From an uncultured Planctomycetaceae bacterium (GTDB lineage Bacteria; Planctomycetota; Planctomycetia; Pirellulales; PALSA-1355), in the NCBI GenBank assembly GCA_963785305.1, contig CAWAUV010000008.1, positions 384,001 to 448,000 on the forward strand: 64,000 bases of DNA, written 5' to 3'. Below, piece by piece: positions 24,390-33,980 of the stretch (its first letter is position 1; each line of letters begins with the position of its first letter). The notes beneath the pieces were generated by a model, which saw only the letters and a list, made by a program, of their open reading frames with translations, was not told where the DNA came from and made no database searches. The translations under genes and the position numbers were made by a program.

Positions 24390-25668
24390 ATGCGATTTCG
24401 CCCGCTCGCGCTGCTCGCCGCGCTGCCGCTCGCTCTCGTCGCGTTCGTCCTCGCAATCCAGGTCGCCCAGGTCGCGGCGGCCGCGGGCGACAACTGGCCC
24501 GAGTTTCGCGGTCCCTCGGGCGATGGCCACGCCGGCAATCCGGGCCTGCCGCTCACCTGGAGCGAGACCGAGCATGTGCGCTGGAAGACACCCATCCACG
24601 ACAAAGGCTGGTCGTCGCCGGTGGTGTGGGGCAAGCAAATCTGGTTGACGACCGCCCTGGCCGATGGCAAGGCCAACTATGCCTTGTGCGTCGATCTCGA
24701 GTCGGGCAAGATTCTGCGCGATATCAAACTTTGGGAGATCGAGGAGCCGCAATTTTGCCATCCGTACAACAGCTATGCTTCGTCGACGCCGGCGATCGAG
24801 GAAGGACGCGTCTATGTTCACTTCGGCTCGCAAGGCACCGCCGCCCTCGACACCGCGACCGGCAAGGTGCTCTGGTCGCGCCGCGATTTGGAATGCAACC
24901 ATTTCCGCGGCCCGGGCTCGTCGCCCATCTTGTGGAAGAACCTGCTGATCCTCACATTCGACGGATTCGACTTTCAATATCTCGTGGCGCTCGACAAAGC
25001 GACCGGCAAGACGGTGTGGCGCCGGGATCGGGACCTGGAATATGGCACCACCGATGGCGACATGAAGAAGGGTTATAGCACTCCGCACGTGATCTCGGTT
25101 GGTGGCCGGCTCGAGCTCGATCAGCCCCAGCGCCGGCGCCACCGTGGCCTATGATCCCGCCACGGGCGCGGAGCTTTGGCGAGTGCGTTCGATGGGCATG
25201 AACTCGGCCATCAGGCCGCTCTATTCCCATGGACTCGTCTTTTGCACCACCGCCTCGCAGGGCTTTCAGCTTTTCGCCACCAAACCGGGCGGCCAGGGTG
25301 ATGTAACCGAAAAGATGGTCGCTTGGAAGCAGCCGAAGAGCATTCCCAGCCGCTCGTCGCCGCTGGCAATCGGCGACCGGCTGTTTATGGTAAGCGACAA
25401 GGGCGTCGCGTCGGCAGTGGACATCGGCGACGGCAGACAGATTTGGCAGCAGCGGATCGATAGCAAATTCACCGCGTCGCCGATCTATGCCGATGGCCGG
25501 ATTTATTGTTTTGGCGAAGACGGCACGTGTCCCGTGATCGCGCCGGCCGATGAGTTCAAGGAACTGGCCGTCAACCATCTGGACGATGGCTTCATGGCCT
25601 CGCCCGCCGTGGCGGGCAAGGCGCTGATCGTGCGCGGCAAGACGCATCTCTACCGCATCGAGCAATAA
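24390..25668 (+). CDS. PQQ-binding-like beta-propeller protein (BamB-like), frameshift near 25115
   Basis: Signal peptide, 'NWPEFRGPSGDG', 'GWSSPVV', 'YASSTP', 'GSSPIL', 'ASPAVAG...LYRI'. Confidence 0.85.
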
Positions 25669-25740
25669 ACGTATCGGGCAATCGCCTGATCGAGCAATCA
25701 TCATCGCGGGCGCGAGCGCGCCGCCGGGAGGCGTTTTTTC

Positions 25741-26307
25741 GTGGAGCCGTCGCTTCCCTCCGATCCCCGTCCGGCGCCGGGCCCGTCAACCCGGAGCTTG
25801 CCGTCGCCGAGCTCACCATCGCCGACTTCGCTGCCCGGAGCGCGGCATGAATTCCGCGTGCTGTGGCTTTTGGCCACGATCGCGGCCGCGGCCGCGCTCG
25901 GCGCCCTGGCCGGTCTCTTGCAACTCGCCGGGTTCGCGCCCGTGGGACTCATGCCGATCTCTTTGGGCCTCGGCATGGCGATCGCCGCCGAGCAGCTCGG
26001 GCGCCTCTGGGGCTTGCGAGCCGGGCGCGGGTGGGTCTTCGCCGCCATCGTTTGGACCCTAGTGGCAATCACCTCCGAAGAGGCTATCGGCCACCAAGCC
26101 TACCTCCGCGAACGGCAATCGTTCGAAGATCACAATGCAAAAGCGGCGCTCTTCAAAGAGACCGACGCCGAGGACAGCCGCTGGGCCAGCCTGCTCCGCT
26201 ACTGGCGCGGCCGTTTTGAAAAAGCTCCCGCCCTGATGCTGACCGACGCCGCCCTCACGCTCCTATCCGCCATCGCCTGGACCGAATTCCGCCTCCGCCA
26301 GCGGTGA
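25741..26307 (+). CDS. Hypothetical membrane protein; its 3' end is duplicated at 32185-32312
   Basis: Three N-terminal and one C-terminal hydrophobic segments; follows the propeller gene co-directionally. Confidence 0.6.
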   Translation: MEPSLPSDPRPAPGPSTRSLPSPSSPSPTSLPGARHEFRVLWLLATIAAAAALGALAGLLQLAGFAPVGLMPISLGLGMAIAAEQLGRLWGLRAGRGWVFAAIVWTLVAITSEEAIGHQAYLRERQSFEDHNAKAALFKETDAEDSRWASLLRYWRGRFEKAPALMLTDAALTLLSAIAWTEFRLRQR

Positions 26308-26311
26308 GCGT
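26184..26311 (+). repeat. Left copy of the 128-bp direct repeat flanking the Cas12b module
   Basis: Aligns ungapped with 32185-32312 (offset 6001), 9 mismatches by my count. Confidence 0.95.
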
Positions 26312-26513
26312 AGCCGTGCCGCTGACAATGGATGCCACGCCATACCGCCGTCTTGGCGCGCCCCGAACTCCCTCGATATAGGAGCGGCGATGGCAAGGCG
26401 AGCTTTTTTCGATTCTATTTCAGTTCCCGCATTAGAATCTACGCATCACCACGAACGGGCGCTTAGCGGATTGTCTCGGCATGCCCCGTCGGCAAGCGAA
26501 ACAAAATATAGCA

Positions 26514-29500
26514 ATGGAACCGACACCCCGCGCGTACACCATCAAGCTCACCGGCGCCGGCAATTGGCGGGACTTGCTTTGGAGCACTCATGTGGCCGTC
26601 AACCGCGCGGCGCAGGTCTGGGGTGACTGGCTGCTCACGCTTCGCGGCGGTTTGCCAAATTCGCTCGCCGATGAAAATCCGGGCCGGCGAGTCCTGCTGG
26701 CCCTATCGTGGCTCTCGGTCGAAAGCCCAGCGTCGCTTTGTCCCGATGCGTTTCTCGTCACCCAACGCAACGATTCCCAGACGGATCGTAAACGGAAAGT
26801 CGTCGCGCGATTCACCGCGATTCTCAGCCGGTTGCGAATCCCCGATTCGGAGGCGCTCGGAATGGATCGCCGCTTGCGAACCCGCGCTCGAGGCTCGCAC
26901 CCGGGAAGACGCCGTTTGGGTCGATCGGTCCCAGGCTTTTGCCGAGCTTCAAAACCAGTGCCCTGGCCTCACCGCCGATTGGGCCGCCGCGACCCTGTTT
27001 GAATTTTTGGGTGGCGAGGCCGCCTATTTTCAAATGCCGGAAAGCGACGAGGCGGCGCCCACGGAACCCAAAGAATTCGTCCAAAAGGCAAATGGCTGGC
27101 TCAGCCCCAACTGGGGCGCCGGCAAAAAGAGTAATCCCAGCGCCATCAGCGCGACGCTGCTCCGTCTATCCCAAGTCGATTCCACGGCGGTCGTCGGCCA
27201 AAGCGGCGCGGCCGTGCTCGGTAGACTATTATCGGAAATCGGGCAACCGCCCTCGGAACCCGCGTCGGCAGCCGCGGAATACAAGCGGCTGAAGCGCGCG
27301 GTTGGCTGGCAAGGCAGTCCTTCCAAAGGCGCCTTGGTTCTCGAAAAAGTCCGAGACAGCCAATCGCTGACTCCTGAACTATGGCGCCAGGCCGTCGATA
27401 AATTACTTCAAGAAGCCGCCGACAAGTCGGGTAAACAGCCGGGCGGGTCGAACCAACCGGCCTGGATGGACGCTTGGCGGACCAAGTTCGAGCAGCGGCT
27501 CGGATTTCCCTACCGAACCACCCGCGACTTGCTCTGGGAACATGTCGTCGCACTCGACCATGCCTTGCGCCGCCTTTCGGGGGCGCACAGTTGGATCAAG
27601 CTCGCGGAGGCGGAGCGGATCGCCTTCAGGGCCGATGCTAACCAGATTCCACTCGCGGCGAAAGAATGGCTCGAGGCGTTCCGCGAGGGCCGCGCGGACG
27701 ACGGCGGCTCATTGGGCGAATACATCATTCGACGGCGCGCTATCGACGGCTGGGATAAGATCGTTGCCGCTTGGCAATCCCTCGGCGACGCCTCTTCGCG
27801 CGAGCAGCGCATCGAGGCTGCCCGCGAGGTGCAGCGTAACCTTGATGATCAAGAGAAGTTCGGCGACATTCAACTATTCGCGGGTTTCGGCGACGATCAA
27901 AACGACGTCCCGCGACCTTGCCTCGCCGATGACGCAGCGCGATCCGTATGGCGCGATGGCGACGCGCCGAATCCGCAAATTCTCAAGGACTATGTGGCGG
28001 CCACCGTCGCCGATCACAATCAGCGGCGGTTCAAGGTGCCCGCGTATCGGCATCCCGATCCGCTTCGCCATCCGGTGTTCGTCGATTATGGCAATTCTCG
28101 CTGGAAAATCGCCTTCTCGGCACTCCAGGCCGGGCAGCGGCAAAAAAAATTGCGGGCCCGGCTCGCCGCGGCCAAGACCGAAAAGGCGAGAGCCGATATC
28201 CAACGACGGCTCGACGCTCGCCCCGACTTGCGCGACGTGACACTGGAAACATGGAATGGAACCGAGATTGAAAACCTACGGCTCCGCTGGGCCGGCGCCA
28301 GGTTCTCGAACGACCTCGGACTCGATGCATCCGCCGTGGAACTGAATGCGGCGCCCGTGAGCCACGCCGACCGGCTGGGACGGATCGCTGGCGGAAACGA
28401 TGCTCGTTCGCATGTCTCGATATCGGCGGTCTTCGATCAAAAGGATTGGAACGGACGTTTACAAGCGCCGCGCGAACAACTGGATCGAATCGCCGATCTG
28501 GTGTACGGCAAGCGAGGCGAACCCGACTATGCGAAACTTTCCGCCGTCCTTGCCGAAGGGCCCGCCAATAAACAATGGCTCCATCTGCGCTGGTTTCTGA
28601 CCACATCGGCCAAGCTCACGCCACAAGGACCGTGGCTCGACTATGTCGCGCAAGGTTTGCCCCAGGGCATCGAATACAAAAAGGGACGAAGCGGCTACTA
28701 TCTCAGCTATGCCGCGAACGAAGGCCGAAAAAAACGCGCCCGGCTCGTCTGCTCGCGGCTGCCCCGGGTCCGCGTGCTGTCGCTCGACTTGGGCCATCGT
28801 TTTGGCGCCGCTTGCGCCGTCTGGGAAACGATCAGCCGTCAGACGATGGTGGCCGAGTGCCGCGCCGCGGGCCGCCCCGATCCCTCCGCCGCCGAGCTTT
28901 TTATTCACCTCCAACGACCGACCGATAAGCTCCAACGCACCGGCCGACGAAAAGGGCAACCTGTCACGCGAACGATCATTTATCGCCGCATCGCCGACGA
29001 CACCTTGCCCGGCGGCGCCGAGCATCCCGCTCCCTGGGCTCGGCTCGATCGACAATTCGTCATTCGCCTTCAGGGAGAAGACCGACCCGCGCGGGCGCCC
29101 TCGGCGCAAGAGCTCGCCGCAATCAATTCGCTACGCCAGCTCGCGGGATGGCCGGCGCTGGGCGCTGGCTGGCGGATCGATGAATTGCACCGCGAGGCCC
29201 TTGAAGCCGCGCGCTTGGCCTCCGCCGGCTAGGCGATGTTGCCCGAGTGGCATACGCGTTGACCGCCGAGACCAAGCCGATCTCGGGTGGCCGAACCGCC
29301 GCGCGATCGCAAGCAGATCGCGTGAAATATATCGAAGACGCCCTCGTTCTTTGGCAGACGCTGGCGAACTCGGCTCGCGGCCACGACCCTTGGGCTCGCG
29401 AGCAGTGGCAAACGATGATCAGCACACGATTCCCGGAAATTCAATTGCCGGTGAGGCGCCGATGACGATTCGCGCGCGGCGCGCAAAAAAGCGGAATCCT

Positions 29501-30883
29501 CGGCTCGGCCGGCGTTGAAGGTCGTGGCCCAGTGGCTCGTCGATGAACCGGCCGAAGCGCAAAAGCTTCGGCGGCGTTGGGAAGCGCATTGGCGCGAGCA
29601 TGAAGCGGCTTGGCGGGGGCAGTTGAAGATGCTCCGCGCATCGATTTTGCCGCGAAAGAAGGACTGGAAAGCGAACCGCGAATCGATCCGACAAGTCGGC
29701 GGCCTGTCAATCAACCGCATCGCGACGATCCGCGGCCTGTATCAAACGCTCAAAGCGTTCCGGATGCGCCCCGAGCCCGACGATCCGACGAAGAATGTTC
29801 CCAAGCTCGGTGATGAATCCCTGGCGAGGTTCGGAAAGCGAATCCTGGCGACGCTCGAAAAACTCCGCGAGCAGCGCATCAAACAACTGGCCAGCCGCGT
29901 GGTGGAAGCGGCGCTCGGCGCGGGCCGCATGCCTCGCGCCCATGGACGCGACATCCAACGCCCCGGCCGCCGTGTCGACGCCCCATGCCAGGTGGTCGTG
30001 ATCGAAGACCTGGAGAATTACCGGCCCGACGAAACGCGCTTGCGACGCGAAAATCAGCGGCTCATGGATTGGGCCGCGAGAAATGTGCGAAAGTACATCA
30101 TTGAAGGCTGCCAGTTACATGGCCTGCACTTCGTTGAAGTGTCGCCCCGGCATACCTCGCGGCAAGATTCGCGAACCGGGGCGCCGGGCATTCGCTGCGA
30201 GGACATTTCGGGGCATGTCTTGCGGCTCGCGTGCCAATCGGCCGAAGCTGCCGGCGCGGCTGCCCCCACGACGCCCGAGACTGTCCCGTCGCAAGAGACC
30301 AAACAAGCCCGCGAAATTCGCTACTGGGCTCGCGAGATCCGGCGGATTCGCGGCAAAAACGAAGGGGAGCCAAAGCCGCGGGAATCGATCGTCGCGAGTT
30401 TCCTGCCCTGGTTGAACGAGGTGCCGGCCGCCGCGACGATCCGCCTGCCACGCCGCGGCGGCGATCTGTTTGTTTCACTCGGCGCCGATTCCCGCGCACC
30501 GCGCGCGATTCAAGCCGATTTGAACGCCGCCGCGAATATCGGGCTGCGGGCGCTCGATGGATCCCGACTGGCGCGACGCTTGGTGGTTTGTCTTGGTCGA
30601 GCTCGCGACCGGGGCGCCGGTCGCGGACTATGTGCAAGGCTCCGCGGCGTGGTCTTCGGCGGCGCCACTGATCGCGCCGCCGAGCACCAAGGGCGAACCG
30701 ACTTCACGGGCTCGCAAGCGATCTTCGAAACAGCCGAAGGCAAGCGCCCTCGTTTGGAATCCGCTTTATTCGTCGGAGCGAGCCGGGACTTGGGAATTTT
30801 CCAAGGCTTATTGGGAAACGATCGAAAAGCAGATTGCCCAGCAATTGCGTTGCCGCCCGACCGACTTCAACAATCCCTTTTGA
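26514..30883 (+). CDS. cas12b: Type V-B CRISPR effector Cas12b (C2c1), ~1450 aa when joined; frameshifts near 26855, 29220, 29460-29510, 30560
   Basis: N-term 'RAYTIKL...LWSTHVAVN...GDWLLTLRG'; 'HPDPLRHPVF'; RuvC-I 'RVLSLDLG'; 'IRLQGE'; 'GGLSINRI'; 'REQRIKQLASRVVEAALG'; RuvC-II 'PCQVVVIEDLENY...ENQRLMDW'; 'SRQDSRTGAPGIRC'; RuvC-III 'IQADLNAAANI'; all recalled as collinear with AacCas12b motifs; adjacent array. Confidence 0.92.
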
Positions 30884-30899
30884 ATACGCTCAGGGCGGA

Positions 30900-30929
30900 T
30901 TGCATATTGGACGCCGCGGTGGGTAGACT
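30900..30929 (+). promoter_or_regulatory. Putative sigma70 promoter for tracrRNA
   Basis: TTGCAT (30900-30905), 18 nt, TAGACT (30924-30929), directly upstream of the tracr fold. Confidence 0.55.
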
Positions 30930-30934
30930 ACGGG

Positions 30935-31032
30935 CAGCGCAATTGGCGCGAATATCTCCCGACAAGTGTCTCCGCATTTAATTGTGAATCCTCGGGAAGC
31001 AGATCACATGTTCGACCGGCTCGGATCGGTCT
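30935..31032 (+). ncRNA. Putative Cas12b tracrRNA
   Basis: GTGTC (30966-30970) complementary to the repeat 3' end GACAC; stem TCCCGA (30957-62)/TCGGGA (30992-97); anti-repeat AGCAGATCACATG (30998-31010), 12/13 complementary to CATGTGACCTGCT; 5' hairpin GCGC-AATTG-GCGC. Confidence 0.8.
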
Positions 31033-31224
31033 TTGACAATTTGGCCCGCGAGCGACGAGGCGCCGCTGAAATGCCGGCCGCTGCTCGCAAGCTCGCAACT
31101 CCTTGTCGAGACAGGGTTTTCGGAATGTCGCTGTTGAGCGTGAGGCGACAAGCGGCCGGGGTCTCGCTGGTCGCTCGCGTTGTGCTCCATAGCACGTTAC
31201 GGAATAAAGGGTTACGATCCCGGG

Positions 31225-32189
31225 CCCGAAAAGCTCGCCGGCCATGTGACCTGCTGACACTTCTTTTGCTCGCGGCGATCAAGGGCGGCGAGCAGCCCCG
31301 AAAAGCTCGCCGGCCATGTGACCTGCTGACACAATCGGCATGGTGGACGACGACTCTCGCGGTTCCCAGGGCCCCGAAAAGCTCGCCGGCCATGTGACCT
31401 GCTGACACAATGCGATGGGTGGATTCCTGATCGCGCCGAGCCCGCCCGAAAAGCTCGCCGGCCATGTGACCTGCTGACACCTTGCTTCCGGCGGCGAACA
31501 CGTTGGCCGCGTCGGCCCCGAAAAGCTCGCCGGCCATGTGACCTGCTGACACCACGATGGCCGAAAAACTCCTCGAACTCATCGCGGCCCCGAAAAGCTC
31601 GCCGGCCATGTGACCTGCTGACACGGAAGCGACTTAACGTTTTTCCAATCGTGTAGATCGGCCCGAAAAGCTCGCCGGCCATGTGACCTGCTGACACCCC
31701 ATCGCGCCGGCAAGACTCGTGGCGATGCGGCTCCCCGAAAAGCTCGCCGGCCATGTGACCTGCTGACACAAGGAGGCTCATGGTCTCGCGCTCCATGCCG
31801 ACTAAGCCCGAAAAGCTCGCCGGCCATGTGACCTGCTGACACTGTCGGGTTGGCCGCCCGCGCGAACCGGCACGTCGATCCCCGAAAAGCTCGCCGGCCA
31901 TGTGACCTGCTGACACTGGATCATCAGCATCGCGTTCGAGGCCATCCGCAGCCCGAAAAGCTCGCCGGCCATGTGACCTGCTGACACACCTCGGCACGCA
32001 GCTCCTGGTCGCCACGGCCGCCGCCCGAAAAGCTCGCCGGCCATGTGACCTGCTGACACAGCAGCGTGCGGGCGCCGCCGTGCGTTTGCAGCCGGGCCCG
32101 AAAAGCTCGCCGGCCATGTGACCTGCTGACACATTTGGTCCTTAGCGGCAAACGTGTTGCCGACCAAATCCCGAAAAGCTCGCCGGCCA
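31225..32189 (+). CRISPR. CRISPR array: 13 full 36-nt repeats plus one 20-nt truncated repeat; 13 spacers of 35-40 nt
   Basis: Repeat CCCGAAAAGCTCGCCGGCCATGTGACCTGCTGACAC at 31225, 31297, 31373, 31445, 31517, 31589, 31662, 31734, 31807, 31881, 31952, 32024, 32097; partial at 32170-32189. + orientation inferred from the 3' ...GACAC end, tracr pairing and leader at 31030-31224. Confidence 0.98.
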
Positions 32190-32312
32190 GCCTGCTGCGC
32201 TACTCGCGCGCCCGCTTCGAAGAAGCCCCCGCCCTGATGCTGACCGACGCCGCCCTCACGCTCCTTTCCGCCATCGCCTGGACCGAATTCCGCCTCCGCC
32301 AGCGGTAAGCGT
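32185..32312 (+). repeat. Right copy of the 128-bp direct repeat (displaced 3' end of the membrane-protein gene, ending TAA)
   Basis: Translates 'ASLLRYSRARFEEAPALMLTDAALTLLSAIAWTEFRLRQR*' versus 'ASLLRYWRGRFEKAPALMLTDAALTLLSAIAWTEFRLRQR*' on the left. Confidence 0.95.
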
Positions 32313-32366
32313 GACATTGTCCGATGGCCTCGCCGTTCGCAAAATCCTTGCAATACGGGCCCCAAT

Positions 32367-32387
32367 GGCGATGCGATCTGCTGACGC
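32367..32387 (+). repeat. Degenerate CRISPR repeat 3' half outside the main array
   Basis: GGCGATGCGATCTGCTGACGC versus GGCCATGTGACCTGCTGACAC, 17/21 identical. Confidence 0.6.
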
Positions 32388-32525
32388 CGGAGGGGGGAAT
32401 TTCACGCGGAGACGCGGAGGCGCGGAGACGAAAAGCCCGCGGGGCTTGCGCGATTCGGGTGGCCGTGAGGGGGCGCTCAAGGGGGCGGGGGGGCGAATGT
32501 TCGGGGGATTGTTCGTCGGAGCGCG

Positions 32526-33980
32526 CTAGCGAGCTTTTAGCAGCTCGATGCATGCCAAGCGGTCGCGGCCGCGGACGTAGAGCAGGCCGTGCGATAGCAC
32601 CGGCGCGGCCCAGGCGGGGGCTTTTAATAGGCGGCGGGCGGCGAAACCCAGCTCCTTTTTCTCCGGCGACGGGTCGAGCAGCATCGCGGCGCTCACAAGT
32701 TCGAATTTCTCGGGATTCACCCTCAGAAGACGCAGCGTGCCGTCTTCGCCCAGGCAGATGAAGTGGCCATCGACATGGAGCAGCGATGTGCGATGCAGCC
32801 GCGGCTCGCTCCAGCGCACCGCGCCGGTCGCTAGCTCGATACACCGCAGCGCCGCCTCGCCTTCGTGCCGACCGCTCGAGCCATAGAGAAAACCGTCGAC
32901 CTCGATCGGCGTGTTCCAGTGGGTGCGCATCGCTTTGTCGCGGCGGCGATCGGCGTCGGACCAAACCACGTCGCGCCCGCCCGGGCGCACCGCGAGCAGG
33001 GCGCTGCCGGGCCCATAGGTTTCGGAAATGAAGACCCGGTCGCCCACCACCACCGGATTGCTGGCGTTGACGCTCTCGAGGATCGTCGCTCGCCAGGGAA
33101 ATTCGAAGTCGAGCTTGCCGGCCGCGGGGTCGAAGCCCACGAGTCCGCCGCGGGCGAAGACAAAGCACCAATCGCGCGAGCCGATCGTGGCCAGCTTCGG
33201 GCTGGAATAGCTCGCCAGCTCGTCGGTCAATTTGTACCGCGCCGCTCCGGTCCGTTTGTCAAACGCCACCACGCCGCTGCCCGCGCCCACCACGCGGCCA
33301 AGCTGCCCCGGCGGCGCGGGCGGCATGTCGGCCGGGCTGCCCCCGATTTGGGCAATGAGCAAATCCTTGTAAATGACCGGCGTGCTGCCGGCGCCGAAGA
33401 AGTTCTGGGTCACATGGTATTCGGCCGCGGTGTCGAGCTTCCAAACCACGCCGCCATCGGCCACGCGCAAGCAATGCAGCATGCCTTCAGGGCCAAAAAT
33501 ATAAACCCGATCGCCGTCGACCACCGGCGAGGCTCGCGGGCCGCCATCGTAGCCATAGAGGTCTTGGTAGTCGGTCGGATAGGAGAAGGTCCACAGTTCG
33601 CGGCCGGTTTCGCTTTCGAGCGCCCGCAGGCGGTCTCGATTTTCGATGCGATCGAAGATAAACAGCCGCCCCTGGCTCACGGTCGGCGGGCCGTAGCCTT
33701 CGCCAAGCTCCGCGGTCCACACGATGGGCGGCCCGGTGTCGGGCCAGGGCGCGAGCGGGCCTTTTTCGGGCGACTTGGAATCGCCGGTCGGTCCCAGAAA
33801 GCCGGGCCAGTCGACGCCTGTCGTTCGAGAGACACGCGGCAAAGCGACAGCCGCCGCGGGCGGGGCAAGCTTCCCGGCGCTTGGCTTGCTGGCGCCGCCC
33901 GGCTCGGCGGCGGGCAGATTCGCGATCGCAAGGCTCGCCAGGGCGAGAATCTGCCAAAGGGTGGGGGCGAGGCGTGGCAT
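32526..33980 (-). CDS. PQQ-binding-like beta-propeller protein
   Basis: Signal peptide, 'DWPGFLGPTGD', 'GPRASPVVDGDRVY', 'GAGSTPVI', 'ASYSSP', 'WAAPVLSHGLLYVR'. Confidence 0.85.
   Translation of the reverse strand: MPRLAPTLWQILALASLAIANLPAAEPGGASKPSAGKLAPPAAAVALPRVSRTTGVDWPGFLGPTGDSKSPEKGPLAPWPDTGPPIVWTAELGEGYGPPTVSQGRLFIFDRIENRDRLRALESETGRELWTFSYPTDYQDLYGYDGGPRASPVVDGDRVYIFGPEGMLHCLRVADGGVVWKLDTAAEYHVTQNFFGAGSTPVIYKDLLIAQIGGSPADMPPAPPGQLGRVVGAGSGVVAFDKRTGAARYKLTDELASYSSPKLATIGSRDWCFVFARGGLVGFDPAAGKLDFEFPWRATILESVNASNPVVVGDRVFISETYGPGSALLAVRPGGRDVVWSDADRRRDKAMRTHWNTPIEVDGFLYGSSGRHEGEAALRCIELATGAVRWSEPRLHRTSLLHVDGHFICLGEDGTLRLLRVNPEKFELVSAAMLLDPSPEKKELGFAARRLLKAPAWAAPVLSHGLLYVRGRDRLACIELLKAR

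Noticed and set aside
31481..32169. Loose resemblance between spacers 4 and 13 (GCGGCrAAC..GTTG)
   Set aside because: Short, interrupted match in GC-rich sequence; compatible with chance.
30928..32365. ORFs with repeating 'SAGHMAGELFG' / 'CQQVTWPASFSG' peptides
   Set aside because: They are translations of the CRISPR repeats, not proteins.
26184..32400. CRISPR-associated transposon (Cas12k/Tn7-like) interpretation
   Set aside because: No tnsB/tnsC/tniQ or integrase nearby; the effector keeps RuvC catalytic residues and Cas12b motifs.
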